Source: Basidiobolus meristosporus CBS 931.73
Lineage: Eukaryota; Fungi; Basidiobolomycota
Length of the DNA: 64,000 bases
Assembly (NCBI GenBank): GCA_002104905.1
Contig: MCFE01000440.1
Location: 1-64,000, forward strand
Direction of reading: 5' to 3'
The translations under genes were made by a program, and so were the position numbers. The notes beneath the pieces are model-generated. The model saw only the letters and a program-made list of their open reading frames with translations, had not been told where the DNA came from and made no database searches. Shown one piece after another: positions 10,512 to 23,400 of this stretch (the first letter of the stretch is position 1; every line of letters starts with the position of its first letter).

Positions 10512-11551
10512 CCTATTGCCTTTGAAAGGTCCTGGGTACCTCCTTTGTTGGTTATCATTGCTTATTAAAGCACTTTCTTCATTCTTATTGGCACTTGATT
10601 TTCTTAATTCCTTATCCAGGAGCCTTCCATATACATAATTTAAGGTCAAATCTTCAGTTCTGAGCTCTAGGGCTGATACAAGGCCCTGAAACTGTCTTTC
10701 AGGCTATTCAGGATGGTTACTATCAGATCCTCATTAGTAGTTGGTATGTGCACAGATTCCATCTCATCTATCAGTATGGTAATTCTGTTAATTAGATTTT
10801 TTATTTCTTCTGTGGGCTGCATCTTTGTAGTAAAGAATTTTTGTCTCAGATACATTTTCTTAGCAGCTGAACATGACTGATAGGTGTCTTCAAATGCCTT
10901 TCTAGCATTCTTTGCCATTTTTGCTCTTGAGCATTGAATTAGCAACTTGTCTTTAACATTAAGGCAAATGCAGTTAAAGGCACTTTGTTCTTTCTTCTGG
11001 TGCTTTAAGGCTTCCTCTCTCATGTTTTTAGGAGGGCATTCTTCTCCCATGACAATATCCCAAAGGCCTCTTTCTTGTAGCAGCATCTTCATCTTCACCT
11101 TCCACACTTGGTAGTTAGATCCATCCACATTTCAGCAAAGCAAGAAATTCCAGTAATAACAGTAGCAGACATTACAGAGAGTGATAGCCCAGGGCTCATA
11201 AACTGTTGTAAGAGTCTTGGAGATATTGGAAGTGATCTAGGAGAACAAGTAGATTATGTGGTTTTCACTTAATGATTTATTTAATGTAAAAGTAGTATTT
11301 ATACTTTTACATGGTGTTGGCTTAACAAACACATAGAATAAATTGAGGAAGGTCCCAAGAGCATGTGTGCAAAGCTTGGGGCTGTTTAAACAACTTTGAG
11401 AATTCTTGTGTTTTGGGTACCTGGTATTTTGGTGAAATATTCTAAGTAAATACCAACAAGGAATTTGGTCAGTATTCTCTAGGATTTGAAGGTAATGATC
11501 TAAGTGACTAAGTTAGGTGAGTATTTAGGTGAATTACAAGTTTTTACAACA
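10512..11551 (-). mobile_element. Truncated Copia A: 5' LTR (11204-11551), PBS and gag fragment
   Basis: LTR followed by G(T)TTATGAGCCC PBS. ORF 10667-11128 (DGSNYQVWKVKMKMLLQERGLWDIV...) and 10467-10649 match the intact gag. Confidence 0.92.
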
Positions 11552-11859
11552 CTAATAACTTCAAATATCTCCAAAAACTCTTGCTGCAAAATCTAAGTAA
11601 CCAAGCTAATGAAAAATTTAGGTGGAGTTACAGAATATCCAGCATATTATACATGTGCCAATGCAGCTGTGGCTTACCTTGGTACCTATGCAATGGTGTC
11701 TATCTAGTTTGTATCCAAATGATCTCTAAATAAGGCATAGTTGACACATGATACAATCCATGAATTACTCATTGACTTATTGATGTAGTGCAGTTTAGAC
11801 ATATTCAATAAACTCATATATATAAAAGTAACCTCATAGAGAAATATCTACAAAGGCTA

Positions 11860-12150
11860 CCCCTAGAAGACACTCACTAAAGGCAAGCAGGATACCATCA
11901 TATATCAGTTGAATTCCAAGTTTCCATAAGCTTACACTGCTCAATATTTCAGGTACTAGCCATTTGGCAGATAAGCAAACATATTTTCTAGGGTGAGACT
12001 AGGCTGACAAGCGTACATACCAGGCTTGGTAATCAGCCACTCACTACTTTCACAAAGAATTACAACCAAAAATTTGAAGGAAAATACCAGCTGAATGCCA
12101 GTAAAACACCATTGGAGTACCGGCACAATACCGGCATCTTTTCAAGTCCC
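11860..12150 (+). mobile_element. Copy of ~320-bp MITE family R1 (degenerate ends)
   Basis: Colinear similarity to 20119-20437 (AGGC-AGCAG-ATACCATCA, GGTAATCAGC, ACCAGCTGAAT blocks). Confidence 0.65.
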
Positions 12151-12667
12151 CTTAAAGGCCACCGCACCACAACTTGCCTGCGTTTTTCACTGCCTTCCAC
12201 AGCAGGTTACGTTGTAGAGTGACAAAATCATCGGCCGAACGTTCGTTTCCACAGAGAAAGGAGGCCGGCAAGAGCCTCCTCTTTCCTAACACTGGTTTCT
12301 GGTCTCACTTGCTTCACATGTAGCTCAGCTGAAGGCTATCTAAGTAAAACCATGTTGAATCCCCCCAGCTTTGCAGTACTATCCAAACGGATGCGTATGT
12401 TGATGCCACGGAAAGAACTACACCATGATACGGGGTGGTTCATGGTATTCCAAGGTGTAGATCACCGGATGTTGGGATGGCTGTGTTTATTGAAATAGTT
12501 CGAATGACATACTATCGCTGTCCCGCGCAAAATAGCCGTTCCTAGAAACGGTTAGACTCGGGCAGGAACGCTATTTGCTTATGCCGCACTAAGCACGTTT
12601 GATTATCAAGTTAATTAATGGTATATTAAGGTCCGTGGATTCGCTCCCCCAAGGCTACCCTTGTGCA

Positions 12668-14193
12668 TTAACGTTTGTTGGACTTGGCCAGGTCGGCGAT
12701 GGATTTTCCTCGGGTCTCTGGCACAAACAGGATGCCGAAGGTGGTGAACACCAGGTTAAGGGCAGCAAAGATGACAAAAGTGTAGTTCTGCAGCCCGGAA
12801 ATCAACGAAGGGAAGATGAAGCCAATGATGAAGTTGCATATCCAGTTGACAGTGGTGGCACACGAGACCACCACTCCGGAGGACCAGGTAGGCACCAGTT
12901 CCGGAACGATCATGAATGGCACCGTTCCCAGCCCCAAGCCAAATGACCCAGCAAAGCAAACCACCGAGGCGATGGTGAGTCCATCAATGGACAGATTCAG
13001 GGCGATGACCAGGAGCACCGAGAAGAGACACATGCAGCTAGAGCTAACAATGAACAGTGGCTTACGTCCCAGGCGATCGACCAACAAAGAAACCGCGGCG
13101 TTCACGAAGGTGTTGAAGGCCGAGATGGCCACGGTGATTTTGGACGCGACGTCGGCGCCCGCGGTTTCCGTCAAAATGGTGGTTGAGTAGAAGTTCACTC
13201 CATTGATGCCGCAAAGCTGCTGGGCTGCATGCACGACACAACTGATCACGAGCATGCGGCGAATGAACGGGTCCCTCAGGATATCGTGGATGCGGTTGTG
13301 CAAGCTGGCCTCCTTGTGCTGGCTGTGGAATTCGCTAACGTTGGACTTCATCATGTCGAACTCTTTTTCTACGTTGTAGCCGGAGCGCAGCTTGGCCAGG
13401 GTTGACTTGGCTTGCTCCCCGCGGTCCTCAGCCAACAGATAGCGCGGAGTTTCAGGGCAGAAGAGGAGCAAGACCATTTGCAGCACTGCTGGGACAATAG
13501 TCAGACCGTACAGTATGCGCCAGCTAGGGACTATCGAGAGGACTAGCCCTAGAGCTTGTGACACCATGATGCCCAAGCACATGAACACCTGCACCAGTGC
13601 GCCCATGGCACCACGGATCCTCACAGGGGAAACCTCGTTGTTATACATCGGAGTCACGGTGGAGCCAACCCCGCACCCAATTCCAACAATGAACCTTCCG
13701 ATAATGAACATCGGCGTATTGACCGAAAAGGCCAAGAACAGCCCGCCAACGATAAGAAACAGATTATTCCAGAAGAGCGCTTGCTTTCTGCCAACCTTAT
13801 CGGCTATCGGGCCAGCAAAGAAGCTCCCAACGAGCCCACCAATGGCGAAGACCCCGGTGGCGAAGCCCCTAGAATGGTTAGCGGTTAGTGAATGGGGCTG
13901 GCGGGCGGACATCTCTTCCATCGTGCTTACCACAGCAGGTCTCCCATAGGAAGACAGTCAGGCAAAGTGCCGGTTCCGTTGTTTTCGCAGTAGCGCAGGA
14001 TCTTCTCAGAGTTGTTTGGTACGCCCACGTTCCAGCCAAACTCGAAGGTGATGATGGTGGCGGATGCGCAGGAGAAGAGCACGTAGGAGGTGGGCCCGGC
14101 GTTGCTGGAGTCCAGCTGCCAAGACTCGGAAGAGCTGTGCTCCGGATCGACCCCGGATGTCCAGACTCTCTCTTTAGATTCTTTGGCGCTCAT
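12668..14193 (-). CDS. MFS sugar porter (GLUT-like hexose transporter); join(complement 13931..14193, 12668..13868), 487 aa
   Basis: A 62-nt intron 13869-13930 (GTAAGC...CTAAC...TAG) joins the frames to give LLWGFATGVFAIGG. Motifs: FEFGWNVGVPN, DKVGRK, GRFIVGIG, PMYNNEVSP..IRGAMG, CPETPRYL, QQLCGINGVNFYS, DRLGRKPL, VPETRGKS. Confidence 0.93.
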
Positions 14194-14649
14194 GATTTGG
14201 AGGATGGATGGGGGGAGTGGGTTGGTTTTCTGCTGGTTGTGTTCACGCACGCCGTCTTATATTTCAGATCGGCCGGGGAAATGTTCCCAGGCGGTTAGCA
14301 TCTGACATAGAGGTTATGCACACTTTAATTTAGCCCAAGGATCGCAAGCTGATGCCAGTAGAAACCTGTCTTGTCCCAGTGATACCCTCAAAATAGAGAT
14401 CCCGCAACAACGGCCCTGACGAAATGGTAGCAAGCGGTAGGCCCTGCAAGCCAATGGGAGCCCTTCAACTACTGTTGATGCTGGCAACCCAGTCGATCCA
14501 GGAGGGGGGAGCTCAAAGGATTAGTCACCGTTACATCATGTCGCCAATCTCTGCGGCAAACAAGCACAGTTGACGCATTGTTGGTCTACATCCAGCAGCT
14601 CGCTAAGCAGGCGAGCACCGATTGCTAGGCTCTGATCAAGTGATGGCAG

Positions 14650-16900
14650 TCTTACCTGCCAAATTGGCTGTGGTTGTTATGGCACGAGCCACGGGAGATA
14701 ACCAGAAGTGTTTGTGGTTGCGTATCTCGATTCGATCGGGCCAATGGTGAGCCTTCCCCAGTCGCACAAATCGAAACCGTTGTGGTTGTCAGCTCATCAA
14801 TATGAATACCTGCAGGTATGTCCAGCAACAGAGATGCGCGGCTCTGGTGAATTTCACGCTGTTGGGATGCAGCCCCCAAGGCAGCCGCTGAGGGTTAGGC
14901 CGGGTCAGCCTCATGTGTCGTCAGCCAAGCAGCGATGGTAAGCATTCGTCTAGCCCACCACAGCAGTCAGAGGAGAGTGCCAACGGCTGAGTCAGGTAGC
15001 CGCTGTTCAACGGTGAGTCTCCCCGCTGGTCATGAAAACAACCACAACCATAATCGTCGGTGGTTGCGTGAGAACTGACCGCGAAATGGAGCGCTGATTG
15101 GGCCGAGGTGATCGTCTATCCATTCCTGGAAATCCGGTTCCCCAAGTGTCAACTCGATGGGATTCAGCATACGAACCTGGTTGATGAAATCCGTGTGTTC
15201 CAACCCCGTCATGGAAACTACTGGCGAGATGAATATGGGTGCATCCGGTCGCTCGCTGGTTTATCGGGTCAGGTGGTCCAGGAGAGGGGATCCCAGGCTC
15301 CATACTGTGTCGGTGACACCTGAGGCTGTAAATCGCTTCACGTCACACCGAAAATCCAGGTCTGTCCTTGGAAATGGCCAACTTGACCCAGACCAACTTT
15401 GAGCACTAGCTGGGTTGAGGCGAGCATGAGTGACAGCAAGCCCTGACCAAGTCGAGATGGGAGTGGAGGTGGTTCTACAGTGGAAGTCTCGTGGAAAACA
15501 GCTAGTAAGTCCATCAAAGTCACTACCCCAGGATTGAGTATCGTAAGATGCACAGGAAGGGTAGGCTATCCTTTGGTGGACAGTTCACTGACTGCCGCAA
15601 AGTGGTCTGTCCCATCATATTCAATGTTCGGAGGCAAGGCGCTAGAGACCTGTAGCTATGGGAGGCACCAAGTTCGGCCTAATGTCGCCTCGAAGCAAAG
15701 GGTGATTCCAGTTTCTCCTATTTGATGCTCAATGCCGCACAGGCCTACCGGTCCACCATCCACAAATAGCTCTCCCGGCCTTTTTATCTTCTCGACACTG
15801 GTGCTGCTTGAGAGCGCAGCTGATTTGGCAAAACTAACGAGAAGACATGGTTGGGTAGGTGATGACACTGGTGTCGTCTTGTTCTTACCGCCTTGCAGCA
15901 GAGCGATGCTTATTGGTGCGAAAGTTTGCATTGGGTAACAGAAAGGTTCGCTTGGAATGGTAATGATGGCCTCCGACTGGGTGCTGGCGAGTGCACTGAC
16001 AACGGGATTGCATGGGGTGTATCGATGACCGATTACTGCACCCGATTGAGTGCCGGATTTATTATTGTCTGCACACGTTAGTGATTTCGAGCCGGGATTG
16101 GGAGGTGGGTTCTTAGGCCAAGTTGAGCATATGGTAGATAGCTTGGACATTTACCCCAAGGATTTCTCAAGTAGGCAACGAGATCATTTTTGGTCGAGCC
16201 CATCCCAATTCCGACACATCATTCCGGTTGGAAAACGATACTTTTCGGCATTCTCCAACTGAAAGACAAACAGGCCAGCATCCCGAGGAAAAATTAGGGA
16301 AGCCAACGGGAGAGCACTGCGGCGAAAACTGGAATCATCCAAAGGAAAGGTGCCGACTTAGGGTAACCAAAATCATCCCAGGCAGCGCCATTTTGCAGAC
16401 CAACATGCAGAGGCCTTGTCAATGTGGTACGGTTCAGCACAAGATGGAAAGCTCAAAAATAGATCTCGGAAGGTTGCAAAAACATGTGCACCGAGTCTGA
16501 GGGTGTTTGAAGAACTTTTGGAATTCCCATACTTTGACTACTTGACATCTTGGTGATCATAATGCCAGCAAGGCTTTGGGCAAGGAATACGAAGATTCAT
16601 AAGTTATGATCCAAGTGCCAATAGGATATTCACGTGCAAGTACCAAACTCACTTCACCCAAACCTGACTAAATACTCTCTAGACATGATACAAGAACCAT
16701 CAGAGTAAAATTGCACCTCAAATATCCATAAAATCTTGGTCAAAATCATTCACTTTGGTAACCGCCAGGCTGTTACTGATTGATTCCCTGCCCATGCCTG
16801 TACTTGCAGTTCCCATACTCTCCATCTGCTCCCATACTCTTGCACATTGACTGGCAAATACCTCTTTTTCAGATCCCTCACCTATTGACTCCACCAGCAC
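14650..16900 (+). mobile_element. Probable decayed non-LTR (LINE) ORF2 relic (APE plus partial RT)
   Basis: Frame-broken motifs in the expected order: PTAESGSRCSTV (cf. PTFxRG..STIDYI), WSADWAEV (cf. WTDHA), RHGNYWR (cf. GxGxWR), LMLNAAQAYRSTI (cf. LLLDxEKAYDRV), SLDIYP...SRQRDHFW (cf. YLGxP...QR..FW), NWNHPKER (cf. W..LCLPKxxGGLG). Confidence 0.4.
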
Positions 16901-17624
16901 TTATACTTTTGCTAAATACTTATTCATTTACATTTACCAAAATATCCAATACACCTCAATTGTTGCTTGTAACATCATATAAAAGCCCTTGTGCTCTACA
17001 CTGGTGTTAGCTCTGGTGCTGCATTGTAGTTGCAAGAGGTTTGCAGACACTGGAAGTGATTGGGATAACAAGTAGAATATGTGGTATTCACACAATAATT
17101 TATTATAATGCGTATTTAATGTAGGTACTTTTACATGATCTTAACAGAGCAAAAACCTAAAATATGCTTAGAAAACTTCCAAGTGAGTTTGTGCAAAGTT
17201 TAGGGCTGTTTGGAAAAATCTGAGATTTCTGATGTTTTGGGTACCTGGTATTCTGGTGAGAATATTCTAAGTAATTCCCAGCAAGGAATTTGGCCTGAGT
17301 TCTCTAAGATGTGTGGGTAACAATCTAAGTGACTACAATAGGTGCATATCTTTGTGTCACCAAAAAATTTGCGATACTCCAAATCACTGATATTATTGCA
17401 CTTACCAATCCAAATTGAGATCTTGGATATCCAAGTATGTCCCTTGCTAATGGATTGACACATACATCTGAAGTCATTTCATTGGTAGGACAAAAAGCCT
17501 AGTTAACCAAGCCACTCACTATAGCTTTCTGTGTGTACTAATGCCCAGAATCTCTGTGTTCAGTTCTACAAAGAAAAGTTGGATTTTAACCTCATTGTAT
17601 ATAGTATTGATTATCTGGAAGTAG

Positions 17625-17931
17625 CCCAATGAAAAATCTCAAGCTTGAAGTTCATCTAATCTTCAGCTGGCACTCCAGCAGTATTCTCTAGTATTCAGCT
17701 GATGCTTTTTCCCCAATTTTTGGTTGCAAAATTTGGCAGAAGTAGTGATCAGCTGATTACCAAATCTGGTGAGCTTATTGTATGGCCAAGTTTCCTCCAG
17801 GAAGATGTATCTGCAGGTGTGCTCAACAGCCAGTACCTGTCATGTAAATAGCTATCTCTTTTGAGATATTTGAAGCTTAGCAGACATTATTATGGTATTC
17901 TGCTGGCCTTTTCTCAATTCTGTTTAAGGAG
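17625..17931 (-). mobile_element. MITE family R1 copy
   Basis: Reverse complement aligns to 20119-20437; left end CCCAATGAAAAA; interrupts Copia RNase H sequence. Confidence 0.7.
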
Positions 17932-18424
17932 CTTAGTAGGGACCTATTGACATAAATCTCAGTGTTGATGCAGCTCTGTCAGTCATATTGCTTTTTTTTA
18001 GCTACACAGGGAGCCATGTACTCTACTACTGAGGCGCAAAGTCCCAAGATTGGTTGCTCTCAATTTGCATGTGATTGCCCTGTTAGAGTAGGGAATGGTG
18101 TAAACTGTGGAGGATATTTTGTCCTGATAGAAACATCCACAGTAAGCTTCAGCTTATCCCAAATATCATGTTTGAACTTTATAACTAATTCTTAAGCAGA
18201 TCTCAGCAGCTCTGTTTAGGCACATGGATATCTATTCATGTGCTGTTATTGGATTCAATTAATAGTTCTGGTCATGTTGGCTGATAGCACCTACCAAATA
18301 TGAGATATCTCAATGTGATCCTTGCTTGCTACAGAGCAAAATGCAAATTACAGATGGGTAAGGGAAGTCTTGATTTGCTGATGGCATCAGCTCTATTGTT
18401 TCAGGCAATGATTGATTGAGCTAA

Positions 18425-19478
18425 TCCTATGAAGCAATATTGTGATAAGGCCAGCAGAAAACCACCATAATGTCAGTTGAGTTCTGATTTCTCAAAAATG
18501 ACAACTCTCAATATCTCAGTTATTGACTGTTGGGCACACTGGGATATATATTTCCTGGAGCACACTAGGCAAATAGCAATCTCACAAAGCTTAGCAATCA
18601 GCTGGTCATTACTTCTACAAAAGATAGCAGCTAAAGATTTGTGGAAAAAGCACCAGCAGAATAGACTTGTTCTGTTGGATAGTGCCACATTGAGCCATGA
18701 GTGCCAAATGATGCCATAGTGTGCCAGGGAGGCCAAGTGAGCCTACACTTGGCCACAGAGTGTGCAGCACAGCTCTGCATCTTCATGCAAAGCAGCTCCT
18801 GTGTTTCACTCATTGTGATGGAGAAAATCCATTTTTTGACCTTTTTTTTTAGGTAAATGTTGTACAGGATGTGCAAGTGCACAAAAGGATTGAAGATATG
18901 CATCTGGTATTCAATACCCATGGCACTCTGAATCTAGCACATGTGGCTTGTAACATGTCACATAAATGCATGGCACTATCTTGGTCCACTGGTACTATTC
19001 AGCACTATAAGTGCTTTGTATTAATCATACTTTAGGGCTAATATTTAAATATAGTGCCGGATAGTACCAGTGGACCAAGATAGTGCCATGCATTTATGTG
19101 ACATGTTACAAGCCACATGTGCTAGATTCAGAGTGCCATGGGTATTGAGTATCAGATGTATATCTTCAATCCTTTAGTGCTCTTACACCTCCTGCACAAT
19201 ATTGATCCTCAAAAAACGTCAAAAAATGGATTTTCTCCTGCATCATAGGTGAAACGCAGGGACTGCTCTGCATGAAGATGCAGATCTATGTTTCACACTC
19301 TGTGGCCAAGTATAGGCTCCCTTGGCCTCTCTGGCACACTATGGCATCATTTGGCACTCATGGCTCAATGTGGCACTATCCAACAGAACAAGTCTAATAT
19401 CAGTAATATACTACTGGAATGCCAGCACAATACCAGCACAGAATTATATGAGCTACAAATATGGGATTCTTCATAGAT
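18425..19478 (+). mobile_element. MITE family R1 copy (TSD TAA), split by the fold-back element
   Basis: Ends TCCTATGAAG...CTTCATAGAT, flanked by TAA on both sides. The R1 sequence resumes colinearly after removal of 18663-19395. Confidence 0.7.
18663..19395. mobile_element. 733-bp fold-back (near-perfect palindrome) non-autonomous element with AGACTTGTTC termini, 3-bp TSD AAT
   Basis: Two ~340-bp inverted arms with a short central spacer; AAT on both flanks; same termini as the 24683-28098 element; sister copy at 52205-52937. Confidence 0.9.
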
Positions 19479-20118
19479 TAAGGTTTGCATCCATTAGGGT
19501 AACAGCTGACTTACAGAACTTCAGTCAGTAATTCTTTAGAATATCTTGAGTAGATATGGACTGGCCTAAAGTAATGGTCAGGGCATATCTGTCTAAAGAC
19601 AACTGTTTCCCTGAATAGTACCTGAACTCTCCTGGACTGGATACTCTAAACACCCTGAATAGTTTGCACTTGGTCTCTCTCAATAGTTGTTAGCTTTTGG
19701 TGGCCAAGATAAGATTGTTCTCATATAGAGCTAATAGACCTGAGCTTGCTCTATCAAGCTTAAAGTAGAAACCATAGTCTGCACTATCACTTTGGAAACT
19801 TATGTACACTAAACAAAGATATAACTTGCAATTCCAGGCTTCTAATGATTGCTTGAGGTTATATACATACTTTTTTAAGCTCCCAGTCTAGATGAAGGTT
19901 TTATAGGTCAACAAATCTAGCATGCTGGTCTATTTACACATCCCATCATGTCCCCCATTCAAAAGCTGAGATTTGTAACAGGGTTTAGGGCAGCTTTGTC
20001 ACAAATACCCATAGTTACTGCAATGAATGCGGAAGCAAGCTCTTGTCCAATAATCCCCCTTCTACTGACTGTTCTGGGCACTGGTTGGGAGCCATAGTGC
20101 CCTGAGCTCCTTTTGCTA

Positions 20119-20437
20119 CCCTATGAGAAAAATCAAGAAAAGGCCAGCAGAATACCATCATAATATTAGCTGAATTCCAACTTTGCCAAAAGTGACAACT
20201 GACAATTTCTCAGAAGCTAGATTCACAGTAGACAAGCAGACATCTTTTTCAGGGGGGGACTAGACCAACTAGTATTCACACTGGATTTGGTAATCAGCTG
20301 TGCACTACTTCCACCAAAACTGCAACTGAAAACTGGAAGCAGAAACACCAGCTGAATATTAGCAAAATACCATCAGAATATCAGCTGAATACCAGCTAAA
20401 AATCCAACAAATTCCAGCTTTGGCATTTCTCACAGGG
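20119..20437 (+). mobile_element. MITE family R1, best-preserved copy (TIR CCCTRTGAGAAA, 3-bp TSD CTA)
   Basis: CCCTATGAGAAA...TTTCTCACAGGG with CTA on both flanks; internal CAGCTGAAT(A)CCAGC direct repeats. CCC termini plus a 3-bp TSD are compatible with CACTA/En-Spm. Confidence 0.8.
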
Positions 20438-20441
20438 CTAG

Positions 20442-23400
20442 TGTTATGCATCAACATTTAAAACTTGACCAATTTTAGTCCATTGGAAAATCAGTACCCT
20501 AAATGACTTTACCAAGCCTAAAAATAGCTAATCCCAGTTATTGCTTATTTTATTCTATCTCAGAATCTATTTTTAGCTGTCACACTTAATCATTTATTGT
20601 GCAGTCATTATGTGCACACTGATCTGCTAAGCCTTTCCAAGTAATTAGTCATCTGAGATATATCAAACCACATGGTAGTTGCCAAGACATCAGCTAACTG
20701 ATGATGCAATTTGCATTTCACCTTACACATCAATCAACACCCAAACTGATTTTAACTAATCTAGTCTATTAGCATTTACTAACTCAGCTTGATCAGAAAA
20801 GTATTAAAAAATCTTACTGAACCTTTTGGCTTAGTGAATGTTTCAATGAAGTCAAGAAAGTAACTCATCAACTTCAAGGACTCAATAACTTCACTCTGGT
20901 GTCTACCCAAGCTTAGCATATCTAGTACTCTCAAGAACACCCAGCCTAGCCTGCATAGCAAACCAATTCTGTTGCCTTCATAGCAAAACCCAGCTCTATA
21001 TAACACCAATATTGGATCAGAATCTCTCTGCTAACATTTCTGCCACTCTCTGAAAACTCCAATATTCCTCACTTAATTGTCCCATTGGTTCAGTTAAACC
21101 ATTCAGGAGTTTTATTACACTTTTCTCTTATATACAGCATTTCTGTGTTGAATTCCAATATATTCAACTGCTTTACAAGATGTGCTCAGCAGCAAGCAAT
21201 CCAGTATTTCCATGCTGAAAGAAGCTCAAAGAAATCAGGAGGAGCTTATCAAGCAGCTTGAAAGCATCATGCATGTAAGAAACACCTTGATGCTTGAGCA
21301 CTCATAGCCTCTGAAGACAAGATCTGACAATGAGAGTATAGATGAACTCCTTGAAGTTATCTCTGGCTACCAAGATGAAACTGGAATACTCAAAGCTGCT
21401 CTGGAGAATGTGGCCATAGTAATTGCCAGCACCAATTTGGCTAGCATGCAAGATGCTGACTGGGTTGAAGTGAACATTCCTTTCAATAGTATATGAAAAA
21501 TTGCCCAAAACTGTTTTTGCAGCTATTTTGAAGATCCCCAAAGAAAGCATATCAGAACTGCAACTTATGATAAGCTAAAATGCAAAAAGCTGAATCTGTG
21601 CAACACTTCTGTGATAGTTGCCAGAGACAAATGAGATTAGCTGAGGTTAGTGATTGTAATCTGTTGCTTACTTCTCATTCACTTTCAAACTTTTCACACC
21701 AGCTACAGAGCAATATTGGTATTGTGAATATGTGCCACCCTGCACGTACTTATGACCAAATCTTAAACATTTGGTCACTTCCAATCACCATGACTGCAGC
21801 TGTTAGCCAGATTTTGGGCATCTCAACCCAAGACCCTGCTACAACTGGAAAAGAGACCAATCAGGTGACTAAGAAGAAGTCAACTGCCACCAGGCACTAT
21901 GAGCCTCAGAGAAGGAGCCATCATTCTACCAGCAAGTGCAAAGAAATTACTAAGCAGTCAAACCAGTCAGGAAACACCTCAGAGGCACAGCAAAACACAA
22001 AAACTGATGATCTATAAGCTGATCACAAACACTTCAACTGTGGAAAAATGGGACCTAGATCACCTGCCTATCCTGACAACAACTCTACACCATTGCCAGA
22101 AGTTACACAGATTCTAGATGATTACTCTGCTAAAGATATGACAGGATATGAAGAGACATATGACAGACTTACAGCTCAAGATTATCACAACCTCTGTGAA
22201 TTTCTACCTAAGATTGCAACTGCTCAAGAAAACAAGCAACCGATGACACAGCTAAAAGCCATTGTGGTGTTACTCACTTTCAATGACCAATCATATGTTG
22301 CAATACTGGATATTGGATAATCAAACTCTGTTTTATCACTCAACATAGTCAAAGACCCAACCAGAAAATAGAAAAATGACCAAGAAATCATACTTGCCAC
22401 TAAGGACCTCTCAGCACCAGGAATTGGTATCACCAACACAATCAACATAGATTGTTGTCCAGTAACTATAATGCATCAGAAGGAAGTTATTGGCATTCTG
22501 AGTGCAACTCAGGTAGTCTTTAGTCTAGACACCTTCACCAAACTTGGCTTTCACAATGGTGCACTACTGGTTTCCTATCCAGGAGTCACTAAATCTCAAC
22601 TGCCCATTATAGATCAGATTCTAGAAATTATCTCATCCCAACTGGAAGAAGTGGAGTCAGCCCCAACTTCTTGAGCATATTCCAATCAGTCAAGCTGGAT
22701 ATTCAGCCAGCCATAGAAAGAAACCAAGCCATTCCAAGAATCAGTTCCTGCACTGTGACAGATTCAATAGTTACACTTGAAACACCTCCTGGAGAGTCAA
22801 CATGGAGGCAACAATACTCAATTATGCATTCCTGTCAACACTTGGTGGATGAAATAGTCCAAAATTGGGCTGACAACAGGATTATCACTCAAGCCTCTCT
22901 CACTTCAACATTCAACAGCCCCTTATATGCTTGCACCCAAGAAGGACATCAATGGGAATCCAACTCTGAAGAGACCCTGGTTGGACCCCAGGCCTCTGAA
23001 CAAACATGTTCAAGATGAAAAATTTCCAATTCCAAGAATCTAGGGAGTCTTTTTCTCACAATCAGGTGCAAAGGTATTCTCCAAGCTGGACCTAAAGGAT
23101 GCAATCACCAGTCCCAAATCCCCCTGATCATTCATATTAGACTGCATTCACTGGGAATAATATGCAATAGATGTTTCAGGGAGCTCCCTTTGGCTTAAAC
23201 ACACTGACTGGCAAGTTCCATGAAAAGTGCAGTTTTGCTTACCACAAAATCAATATACTTGGATTTATAGTATACCAGCTGGCCACCAACTAGACCCTTC
23301 CAAACTTGTCTACATTCCCAAATAGCCAAAACCCACTAGCACCAAGCACTTTCAGCATTATATTGGAGTATTCAACTATTTCAGGGAGCATATAACATTC

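Larger units (their letters stand above)
17028..19960 (-). mobile_element. Old, heavily decayed Copia A relative: RT/RNase H remnant plus 3' LTR (17028-17376), interrupted by MITEs
   Basis: Reverse complements of 17377-17624, 17940-18424 and 19479-19960 align colinearly with the intact RT/RH (~58700-59932), including the purine tract before a diverged LTR. Confidence 0.8.

Noticed and set aside
13515-14298. Plus-strand ORFs 12599-12946, 12816-13190, 13515-13949, 13888-14298
   Set aside because: Antisense shadows of the codon-biased MFS transporter; no motifs.
15135-15180. VSTRWDSAYE resembling the hAT transposase TRWNS motif
   Set aside because: Flanking residues do not fit hAT, and the surrounding motifs fit a LINE relic better.
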